Assembly (NCBI GenBank): GCA_001179505.1 | Contig: CDMY01000269.1 | Location: forward strand, 1 to 64,000 | Length of the DNA stretch: 64,000 nt | Direction: 5' to 3' | Source of the DNA: Vitrella brassicaformis CCMP3155 | Lineage: Eukaryota; Protista; Chromerida | Part shown: piece by piece, positions 48,461 through 59,400 of the stretch | Position numbering within the stretch: position 1 is the stretch's first letter | Layout of the letters: the number at the start of each line of letters is the position of its first letter | Translations under genes and position numbers: made by a program | The notes under the pieces: generated by a model | Told to the model about the DNA's origin: nothing | Database searches by the model: none | Seen by the model: the letters and a program-made list of their open reading frames with translations, nothing else

Positions 48461-49452
48461 TTGATCGATTGTCGTGACTGACGCACCTTTCTTCCCTGCA
48501 AACAAATGTAGCTAGCTAGCTGTGTGTCTGGGGTGTGGGTGTGGGTGTGTATGAGTAGGGGGGAGGGGAGGGAGGGAGGGTGCAGTGAGTTAGTGAGTCA
48601 GTGAGCCGGCCGATCAGTCACTTGCTGTGTGTACATCTGTCTGGCTGTCGCTCGGTTGTTGATTTTTCTCTGCCTGGATGCATTGCACATGAAGGGATGG
48701 GTGGCTGTTGGTGGGGGTCGGTGTGAAGTGCGGTCCATGTGTCCACGCGTCCATGTGTCCATGTGTCGCCCTGTTTGTGCCACCTACTGGTGCGGAGTTA
48801 GTGATTGGTCCGGTCGGCCATGCTCTCCCATTTGAGAGAGGCTGGCCGGGGCAATCTTGTACATAACGTAAAAACGGTACTTTCGATGGATGGATGGACG
48901 GATGGATGAGGGGGAGGAGGGACTCCATCATGATGCGTAGAAATACGACTCGCGAGAGGGAGGGAGGGGGCCGGCAGGCGGACATGAGTGAGTGTGTGTA
49001 TGTGTGTGTGTATGCCTGTATTGAGTAGTGCTGATTTTGTCCATGTCTGCAAACGCCGGACCGCACACCTTACGGCCAGTAATTCACCCGATACACGAAT
49101 GAAACACCTTGCAGCGAGAGAGAGACCGCACAAAAATACGAGCAGCTGGCTGTGTCGACGCACAGCAGCAATCGACGTCACTCATTCAGACAAATGCTGG
49201 CTGGCCATCTGTCCATCCCATCAATGGTGAGAGCTGATTTGACTTCACTCGCTCGCAACGGCCAGTATGTAATTCACTCAACGCGTGAATGGAATGTCAC
49301 ACCTTGCGTCACCATAGAGAGAGACCGCACAAAAATCCACACAAGCAGCTATCCTGGTTGACGCCCGCCCAATCGACCGACGTCACTCGCTCACTCACAC
49401 AGACTAACGCCGGTTGGCTATCTGAACTATCTATGCCATACCATCCCGTCCC

Positions 49453-51126
49453 TCAGCTGGCCAGCAGGTCTGGCCTCAGCTGCAGCAGCCGCTTGAGCAT
49501 CTTGGAGTGGCTCGCAAAGAGGTTCTCCAGCGGCTGGACGCCCCGCCCACTCAGGAAGGCGTCATCCTCCATGTCATAGAACGCAGCTGCACACACCACA
49601 ACCACGAACAGACACACAGAAGGAAGTAAGGGTGTGGCTGTCTACAAAAGTGTGTGTTGTGTGTGAGTGTGTGTGTGTGTGTGATGAGGCAGCACCTGAG
49701 CCCGGTCTGGCGTCGTCCCCCGCCTGCAGTTTGAGCTTGCCGCCCTGCTCCTCCGTCAAATGCCAGTGGAGCGCCGTGGTCTCCATCCACGCTGGCCGAG
49801 CAATGAAATGACCACCCCCACACGACACCACACGCAGACAGAGAGGTGAGTGAGAGACTGTCGCGCCCTCTCTGTCTCTCTCTCTGTCTCTCTCTACCGT
49901 TGTCAGTGTTTCGTTCGTCGTCGACGTAGCCCGCATACACGAGTGCGCCCCAGCGGAAAACTTCTGAGCCATCCTCAGCCCTCTCCTTGGCCGTGACGGT
50001 GCCGGCAGCGCTGTCCCAGTCGAAGGGGCCAAACAGCTGTTCCAGCACCTGCAGACACTCACGGCTGTTGGCGCTCTCTCGGCCCACAGCTTCTTCGAGA
50101 AACTCCCTGTAACCAACGACCACAAGGCACCATGTGCGGCGATGGACAGGGGGAGGGAGGGGGTGTGGATGTATGTGCTGGGAAGGTCACCTGATGACGG
50201 TTTTGACGGGCGCCGTGAACTCGCCAGGGTCCACGAAGCCGCCCGGCAGGGCGAACTGACCGCTGCCGTCCGTCCGCTCAATCAACGCCACCTTAGCACG
50301 ACATGAGAACAGACACAGCCTGTTATCCCTGCCGTCTGTCGGTTTTCCCTCCCTCTCTCTCTCTCACCTGCAGCTTGCCGGTCTTGGGGCTCTTCCTAGT
50401 GACGATGGCGTCGCCAGCGTGGTTCGGCCCCCAGTGGCCGAGCACGCCCCTGCCCATGACGCCCGTGTGCCCTCGCGGATTGAGCGGGAATCCTTTGGCG
50501 TCCCTCGCCGGCTCCCACACGATCAGGCCCTCCGCACCCGGGCGGTCGACCTCGTAGAGCATCACGGGCTGCCGGCTGCTGCCGGGCATCGAGTACTTCT
50601 CGAATGAGCCCGATAGGATCATGACGTCCTTGGGGTTGGGGTCATGCGCATACGCCGGAGGGTTCTCTGGCAACCAACAGTCGCATCGCACACACGAAAG
50701 AGAGGAAGGAATGCATATCGATGGATGGATGGATGGTGGCGGTTTGTGCTCACCCATGAATGCAAACCAGTCGAAGTAAACAGTCGACTGGGCGTTGGGT
50801 CCCGGCGCCTCCGCGGCCGTCTGCTCGCCCTCCCACAACGGCTTCGGGAAGTCCAGCACCGCCTTGTACCTGTCCGATGCGTAAAGCGCCTTGAAGGCAG
50901 GCGAGTCTCTGCCGGCCCTCCTGGCATCCCATATGCGCCGGTAGAGAGTCCCGTGGACGCAGCAGGCGGTGTCTGTCGCACTGGCCTCGTGCTGCATGTT
51001 GGTCGTGACAGATGTGATAGATGTGGACCAGGGAGCACGGACACTCGGAGCAGACGTGTGGCGAGGGTGGAGGAGCAGCGCGCGAGTGGACGAGAGAGGG
51101 AGGAAAAGGATGAACGAGAATCCCAT
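49453..51126 (-). CDS. NUDT9: ADP-ribose pyrophosphatase, NUDT9-like Nudix hydrolase, multi-exon
   Basis: PLNPRGHTGVMGRGVLGHWGPNHAGDAIVTR, ALPGGFVDPGE...REFLEEA, VYAGYVDDERNTDNAWMET, AGDDA and LFASH are characteristic of NUDT9. Confidence 0.92.
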
Positions 51127-51635
51127 GCGAGCCGAACACTGGAGCTAAGCTCGCGGTTGTTTTGTCGCCCTTCCCCTCTCTCCCCCCCCCCCCCCNNNNN
51201 NNNNNNNNNNNNNNNNNNNNNNNNNNNNNNNNNNNNNNNNNNNNNNNNNNNNNNNNNNNNNNNNNNNNNNNNNNNNNNNNNNNNNNNNNNNNNNNNNNNN
51301 NNNNNNNNNNNNNNNNNNNNNNNNNNNNNNNNNNNNNNNNNNNNNNNNNNNNNNNNNNNNNNNNNNNNNNNNNNNNNNNNNNNNNNNNNNNNNNNNNNNN
51401 NNNNNNNNNNNNNNNNNNNNNNNNNNNNNNNNNNNNNNNNNNNNNNNNNNNNNNNNNNNNNNNNNNNNNNNNNNNNNNNNNNNNNNNNNNNNNNNCCCCC
51501 CCCCCCCCATATCGTCTTTGCAAAGAGAAGGGCACAGCCGAGCCCCCTTCTTCCTTTTGTGAAGACGCCAGCAAGTTGCAGCCGAGCCCCTTGCATCCCC
51601 AAGTCACTGCAGTGGGTCTTCCTCCACCCGTGGGC

Positions 51636-52400
51636 ATGGACTTGCAATCAGTGCTGACGCTGGGCGGTCTCTTGGGAGTGTTTCTCGCTGTGTTTGCCTC
51701 CTCTGCAAGAATGCTGGTGGACTCCAATGGTAGTCTAAGACGAAAAGCACGGACAAAACGGCAATCATGTGATGGTGCTCTCATTGCAGTAGTGAGGAGA
51801 CATTATTCTTCTTCTTCTTCTTGGATGGGCCGTGACGCTGCTGGCGGGGGCATCGAGTGCCCATTTTACCTGAGCGCGTTGCAGGGCGTGTACGGCCCGT
51901 CGGTGGGGCTGCACCCCAACCTGAGCCTGCCGTTCAACATGACACTCAAAGACGGAGATCCCATTGTTCTGTGGGTGGGTGGGCATGGCTCCATATGGAT
52001 CGGCCAGCGAGTGTGTGTATGTGTGTCTGTGTGTGTATGCGTGTCTGTGTGTGTGCGCAGTATTGCAACGAGCTGCTGTCCTTCTACAATACCACATCGA
52101 ACCAAACACAAAGTGACCAATGTTCATCATGACGCAGAAACACAGACACCGTCCGGATCTCTCTCTCTCTCTCTCTGTGTGTGTGTCTATGACCCCACCA
52201 CTGCGCATGCAGCGCTTCCCATGAAGCCCCAGCAGTTTTGCGCTCCAACGATGGACGGCAAGAGCAGGTGCACCTGCCAGGTTTTCCCATGGGAGCGCAC
52301 AGACAACCGCACAGACATGCCGGTGTGCCTCCCGCTGCCCAAAGAGCTCAAGGAGAAGTGGGTCAGCGACACTTCCTTCGTGCAACATACACGTGGCTAG
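51636..52400 (+). CDS. Small secreted Cys-rich hypothetical protein, about 4 exons
   Basis: Signal-like MDLQSVLTLGGLLGVFLAVFASSA; segments ECPFYLSALQG...PFNMTLKDG, YCNELLSFYNTT and FCAPTMDGKSRCTCQVFPW...PVCLPLP with several N-glycosylation sequons. Exon joins are tentative. Confidence 0.5.
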   Translation: MDLQSVLTLGGLLGVFLAVFASSARMLVDSNGSLRRKARTKRQSCDGALIAVVRRHYSSSSSWMGRDAAGGGIECPFYLSALQGVYGPSVGLHPNLSLPFNMTLKDGDPIVLWVGGHGSIWIGQRVCVCVSVCVCVSVCVRSIATSCCPSTIPHRTKHKVTNVHHDAETQTPSGSLSLSLCVCVYDPTTAHAALPMKPQQFCAPTMDGKSRCTCQVFPWERTDNRTDMPVCLPLPKELKEKWVSDTSFVQHTRG

Positions 52401-52674
52401 CTAGAGTAGGGCGGCGCGCATTGTGTATGTGTGTATCGTGTGTCGTGTGTCTCTGGCTCTCTGTGTCACTGTTGAGCTCTCGTGGCTTTCTCCTGTGCAC
52501 CATCAATCAACGTACCCATTGCTGCATTCATCAGGTCAAACACAACCTGGGCACACAAGTATGCAAGTGGCTCGCAGAGAGACAGACATTCGCAGTCGAC
52601 AATTGCGATAAAGCCACACACCACACGCACTTCATTGACACGCAGACACACACACATATAGCGAAGCTTCTTTG

Positions 52675-53405
52675 TCAAAGGTAGCGCGCCGATCGGGAGG
52701 CCATCTGCACCACACACACACACACACACACACACAGACGGACGGACGGACGGACGGACGGACGGCAGGGTGGCTTGGCTCACTGATCGACGTGTGTACC
52801 ATCTTCTTCCTCCTCGGATCGACGTGGAGCTTTGTGCGGGACTCGCTGGCCCTGACACACCAATGGATAGATAGCACACATACCCCAGCACGGAGGCGCG
52901 TGTTCGTTCCGACATTCTTCTCACCTCAGGGGCCTCTGAAAGCGGAACAGATGATCCAGTGGCTGCAGCCAGCAGACAGACAGACAGACAGACAGACAGC
53001 ATAGACAAGAGCAACAGCCCCCAATCCCTCACCAACCAGCCCACCCACGCACCCACCTTGCTCCTGCCAGCAGTGTATCCACACATGAACTCAGACGACT
53101 CGAAGAAACCCCCTTGCCCACCGGGCTGCTGTGTCACAGCACCAGCAGCCACGGGGAGGACCGCCTCACCGCGCGGCCTCGGAAATCTCCTGTCACGTGC
53201 CTGAAAACGAACCGCACACACACAAGGGAGAGAATCGATACGCAGAACATCATGGAATGACATTCATGTTGGTGGTTTCGTGTGCGTGTGTGTGTGTGTA
53301 CGATTGTCTTTTGGAATCTGAGGTCCTGAAAGTGAGGCCGCAGCAGCGGCGGGTCGAAACACTGAGAGGGAGAGCGAGAGAGACACACAGAGACCTGCGC
53401 GTTGC

Positions 53406-53437
<32 letters not shown>

Positions 53438-53531
53438 CGCGCATACGTTGGTCATTGCGATGTCGGTGGAGAGCACGCCCTCGACGGCCTTGTTCCGACG
53501 GGGGTCTATCAACGGATTCGCTACACACACA

Positions 53532-53563
<32 letters not shown>

Positions 53564-54546
53564 TACTCTCCTCTCTCTCATCCCTCTGATGGAGGATATA
53601 CACACACACACATACAGGTGGCTGGGAGCCCGACGGCATTTCGGGTGCCCTGGTACGCAGCAGCTCTGTTGGTCATGCGCTTGAAGTCCGGTGGTGGGTG
53701 CGACCGTGGGTGGACCAGGTGGCTGTCGGGGTACTGCTTGCGCTCGCGAGCCAACACCGCACTGTACACCGCCGGGTCATCTGCACGAGCCGAATGGCAT
53801 TGACGAGACATTGTCTATGGATTTTGATTAATGAGTACACGTGTGTAAGGGGATTAGGGGGCCGGTCATCTGCTCACGCACCTGTTTGGTACTGGAGTAT
53901 TTGTCGGTTGAGTGGGGGTCGGGAGGTGTACTTGGCCAGCGCTATGTTGACAGGCCTATAGCATGCCGCCAAGCAGTAAACAGCACGTGCATCTGTGCTG
54001 GCCTCTCCCCCTCCCTCCTCCCTCCTCCCTCGCTCGCTGTACTCACTCTGTGTAGTGTGTCTGTATGCGGCAGTCCCGGGCCATCGAACGGTCCACCGCC
54101 GGACCAGCCTCTGACACAGAGCAGGATGGAGCGAGACATGTTTGTATTTGATGTCTGACCTCTTCTCCCGAGTGCTGCTTCAAGTGGGGGCCGCTTGAGC
54201 TGACGCCGAAGATCCGTCACTGGCAGAGAGACAGAGACGGGGAGTGGTCTATGCAATCTCCTCCCTCCCCTGCTGGCCCTGTCAACTGACCTCCCACATC
54301 GCCCCTAGGTCTAATGGTGTCCAGGTTGATGGAGTAGACGGCGTCCACTGTGGTGCGGGCCATGGGCTCACGATACTGCACACGATACAAAGGACAAAGG
54401 GGTGGATAAACGGGCGATGGATGGATGGATGGATGGCGGACCTTTGTCTTTGTGAAGTCGCATACGACGGGGCGTCTCATGTTGACGGCGAAGTGCTGCC
54501 GCATCAGCCGCTCAGGATCGTCCAGAAAATGGCTTTCCTGCACACC

Positions 54547-54582
<36 letters not shown>

Positions 54583-56432
54583 CCCTCAGATATCGCGTGT
54601 ACGCCTCCTCGCTCACATACGTGCCACTGTCTCTTGTCGAATGACAGCGCCTGGTCCCGCGGGATCATCCTGTGCAGGTCCGGCGTGGAAATGTGCGGCC
54701 TACACACAACGAAGGAACGAATCAATGAACATACAGATCCCACAACGCGAGCAGCAGTTTGAAAGAAAGCCGCTCACCTCAAGCCGAGGCCCTGCCCCGT
54801 GAACATGTCGTACGACTGCACACACGCACACAAACACACAGGGGAGAGCAGCTGCAAACGAAACGCGACTTTCGTTTGCAGCTATCCCTCCCGGCCACCC
54901 GCCGCTCTCTCGGCGCTCACCGGTCCGGGTGCCGCTTCCGCTGTCTTTTGCAGCGCCTCGTCGGGCGCCCTCTTTGAGATGATGACCGCACCGCCAGGCT
55001 GACGCTCATACTTCTTCGGGTACGTCCGCTCCTGCACCACCAACGGTCGTACGCGCACACATTATTGCGCGTGGGTNNNNNNNNNNNNNNNNNNNNNNNN
55101 NNNNNNNNNNNNNNNNNNNNNNNNNNNNNNNNNNNNNNNNNNNNNNNNNNNNNNNNNNNNNNNNNNNNNNNNNNNNNNNNNNNNNNNNNNNNNNNNNNNN
55201 NNNNNNNNNNNNNNNNNNNNNNNNNNNNNNNNNNNNNNNNNNNNNNNNNNNNNNNNNNNNNNNNNNNNNNNNNNNNNNNNNNNNNNNNNNNNNNNNNNNN
55301 NNNNNNNNNNNNNNNNNNNNNNNNNNNNNNNNNNNNNNNNNNNNNNNNNNNNNNNNNNNNNNNNNNNNNNNNNNNNTGGGTGGGTGGGTGGGGGTCGGTG
55401 TGGCATACGTGCCTTTGGCAGCCCGATGGTCATGTCAGGCACGATGAGCCTGTCTCTGGTGACATCTATCCTGGGCTGGTAGGCACCGGGCGGCGGCGAG
55501 TGGGCGCCCAGACGGCTGATGCGGTCCACGTGCTGCACAGATCATCGAGACCCGCACAAACAGACACACAAACGGGGCGAAGTGGAGAGAGACATGGGTG
55601 TTTGTGGATGACTGGTTGAGTTGAGTTGACCTGCCGTGACGGGCCCAGGAACGCCGGACTGCCCACCTTCGGACCCGCAAACCCTTGAGTGATGCGATGC
55701 GATGCGACACAGCCACAAATCAAGACATCCATCCACCAAACCAGCCCGTTCGTCCAGCCATCCAGCCAGCCTGTCGACCTACCTACCGTATGACGACCGT
55801 GCTGCAGCCCCGCTTGGTCTCCTGCTGTGGAGTTCCTTGGCGCTTGCCGACTTGCGCATGCTCTCCGCCCCGCTGCTCTGCTTCCTGAGGGCATCGATGC
55901 CTCTGCGCGGGGCGTCCTTGGAGCGGATCCGGCGGTTGATCTCCAGGAAGGGGCCCAACAAGTACTGCAGGAATCCATCCACGCAGAGAGGGAGGGAGGG
56001 AGGGAGGGAGGATGATGCATGTGTGTGTGTGTGTGTGTTTGGGGCTTGACGCGTGCCTTGTGCGTTTCTTCGTCGTCCTCTTCGGCGTATGCTTGTGTCT
56101 GGAGGGAGGGGTGGGAGGCCGACCGCTTGAAAATGCTGTAGTCAAATGTGGGGTCGACTGCACTCACAGCAGAACACACACACAGAACACACACACAGAG
56201 CACACACATACACAATCAATGACTCACACGCACTGTCACCGTACCGTCTCCAAGCGTCCGCCGCAGTGAGGTCAGCGTCGCCTGAACACATGGATGGATT
56301 CAATCGCACGCACAAACACACACATGCACACACACACACACACACATACAGGCCGATTGCAGTGTGTTACAGCCATCCACATGCACACAAACACCAGCAC
56401 ACAGAGCTGCAAGAGGCTCTCAGAGCATGCAT
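52675..56432 (-). CDS. Many-exon hypothetical protein with SHIPPO/PG-rich-like and (D/S)FxK..R repeats; candidate flagellar or microtubule-associated protein. Start approximate, gap at 55077-55376
   Basis: Short exons give SPPPGAYQPRIDVTRD, LSFDKRQWH, VCDFTKTKYR, PPPDFKRMTNR and DLRFQKTIARD. The 3' exons can be joined in frame to ...MASRSARYL*. Confidence 0.5.
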
Positions 56433-56499
56433 TGCCTCAGCCCCACCTCGGTGGATTTGCCCGCCTGTGAGAAGATGCCGTCGATGACCTTGCCATAGC

Positions 56500-59400
56500 C
56501 GAGGCTCGCTGGGGCAACTGCCGGCATGGCTGAACCACACGCAAGCGGCCGGGGATTGATAACTCAGGCGACGACCTTCCCAAAGCTGCGAGCCTGCCGT
56601 CTTTTCGCCCCCCACTCCCCCCAGGCCCTTCTCGCGATGGTGTAAACACGTACGAAGATAATGCGCGTTAGCCTTAATCAGGTGTCCCACGCAACACGAA
56701 CGTCTGTATGCATGTGTACGCATGGGTGTGCGTACAGTACGCATATCGATCTGCCCGCCTCTCTCCCCACCTGTCTGTCTGCCAGCCAGCCAGTCATCCA
56801 TGACGCCCCCGCAATCATTCAGTCAGTCAGGCACTTGAAATCGGTGGCAGACAGGACAGGACAGGACATGACAGGATAGCAACGCGTCTGCCTGCCTGTC
56901 TGTCATGCAGAGCCATCGCACCAAACAAACAAAATAGAAAGTGAGACAGACCACCATGGTGCGTGCACCCCAACAGGCAGGCAGTGGTGTGCGATCGGTT
57001 TTGACAATCGTCTTCGGTGGAGAGGGAGGGAGGTAGTGAGGGAGGGAGACAGACACATCGATCGGTCATCTCTCTCTAAACACGTGACATCATTGTTGTT
57101 ATCAATCACCAGGCACTGGTAGGCAGGCAGGCTGACATACATTCACTGTGTGTGGCCGAGGTGAGAGAGATGGGAGGGGAGGGAGATCTGTACCTACCTA
57201 CTGCAGCAGCACTAATGCACACACGCACCCCTGGCCCCTTTCCTCTCCTGTCGTCTGCGTGTCTTTCTTGTCTCTCTCGCCAGCTCTGTGCTGAGCGATC
57301 AGTCAGTCTGTCAGGAAGTAACGCAACACAACACAAGACAATACACACAAACTAGCACCCCTAACAGACAGACAGACAGGCACCTCTCATCTCTCTCTCT
57401 CTGATGCGCTCACAAATGCGGCATTCCGGCTGCTGGGTGGCCCTCTCCCTTAATCTCTCTCCCCAGGATACCTCTCAGTCATTCACCATGGATAGATGGA
57501 TGGATGGGTGGGTGGGTGGATGACGGCTGCACAAAAGGCAAAACTGTGAGCGAACAAGGAGGGAAGGGCAAGAGAGAGAGAGAGAGAGACACGAGAGGTG
57601 GGTCAGTAAGGCAGGCTGGCGGTGGTCACTGCGGCAATGGTCACGAAACTGTCATGGTGTGTGGCGTGTGGTGCCTTGTGTGCCACCGATGCAAGGATAC
57701 AGACGTACATCCATACGTGCAGAGACGCGCTTCTAATTGCGTTGAAAAGGCCCCTCCCCCACCCCCCACCCCCTCGTACCAACCAACGAACGAACGAACG
57801 AATCACTCTGATATACACACACACACGTCCGTGTGGTGCTTGCTCTTGCCACCCTCTGTATCCCCCCTCCCCCCTCTCCCTACCTCCCTCCCTCCACCTC
57901 AAGTACGAATGCAGTCAGTCATTACACGGGTTTATATACAATATACATACACATACATACACACACACACACATACATACAGCACACCCATGTGTTTGTA
58001 CGTCCGGCTATCCACAGGTGGCTCTGGCCCGGAGACACACACATAGAGAGATATGTTACAACAGACACACATACGGACGGACAGCACACAGCAGCAGACA
58101 GCAAGTGCGTATGCACAGTTATGTAATGGATGGTCGGCACACAAGACAGACGGACAGAGAGGCATCGGCAAAACTGGCGGAAGGGACGGAGCCACACACA
58201 CACTCACCCCCCCACACACACCCATGGATCTCTTATACAGACGTGTGTGTCGATGTGTGCACAGCGGACGGACAGGCAGACAGGCAGACGGGCCACACAC
58301 AGAGAGAGAGAAAGAAAGAAAATGATGAGTGGGAGCGATAGGTAGGCAGGCCAGGCAGGTGTGTAGGGTATGCATCCTGGGTTGAAAGAGGCAAAACCAG
58401 CGCCCAGTGAGTGAAGTGAGTCAGTGAGAGTAAGCACCAAGGGACGGACCAATCAACGAACCAACGAACGAATGAAAGAACACTCGCAAGCACTCACGCG
58501 CCGGATGCACATAGCACGGCATACGTACACACACACACACACACACATCTCCCTCTCTCGTGTCTTCGTGCCTTCAATCCCCNNNNNNNNNNNNNNNNNN
58601 NNNNNNNNNNNNNNNNNNNNNNNNNNNNNNNNNNNNNNNNNNNNNNNNNNNNNNNNNNNNNNNNNNNNNNNNNNNNNNNNNNNNNNNNNNNNNNNNNNNN
58701 NNNNNNNNNNNNNNNNNNNNNNNNNNNNNNNNNNNNNNNNNNNNNNNNNNNNNNNNNNNNNNNNNNNNNNNNNNNNNNNNNNNNNNNNNNNNNNNNNNNN
58801 NNNNNNNNNNNNNNNNNNNNNNNNNNNNNNNNNNNNNNNNNNNNNNNNNNNNNNNNNNNNNNNNNNNNNNNNNNNNNNNNNNCCCCCCTCCTCCTTCGAG
58901 CTATCAACACGATTGGCAGGCCGCTCTGTTTTCCCCCCTCCCTCCCTCCCTCCCTCCCTCTCGGACGCTCGACTCACTCACTCATTCCTCATTGTATAGT
59001 GAGAGAAAAAGAGGGTGGTGCCATCCATCCCATGGACAACACACCGAGAGATGGATGGATGGATGCGCGTGGATGGATGCGCGTGGATGCCGTGCCGCTC
59101 TCGCCCCTCTGATGTGATGTGGTCTGATATGGTAGACCTGATCTTCTCTCTACGCATGGGAAGATGGGTGGATGCTGGCTGGCTGTAGGGACGAAAAAGA
59201 GCGCCCATCTGCTAAAACCCCTTTCCAATCTTTCTTTCTTTCTATGCACACACAGACACGCATAACACACGGAAAGAGAGAGAGAGAGAGAGAGAGAGAG
59301 GCAACGAAGAATGACCAAGCCATTCAGTGAGTCAGTCAGTCAGTGAGTCAGTCACTAAAGCGCCCGGCCGTCTGCTCTGCACGAGGCCTTTCTCTTGTTG

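Noticed and set aside
52672-53204. Small plus-strand ORFs
   Set aside because: They lie antisense to frame-consistent exons of the minus-strand gene ending at 52675.
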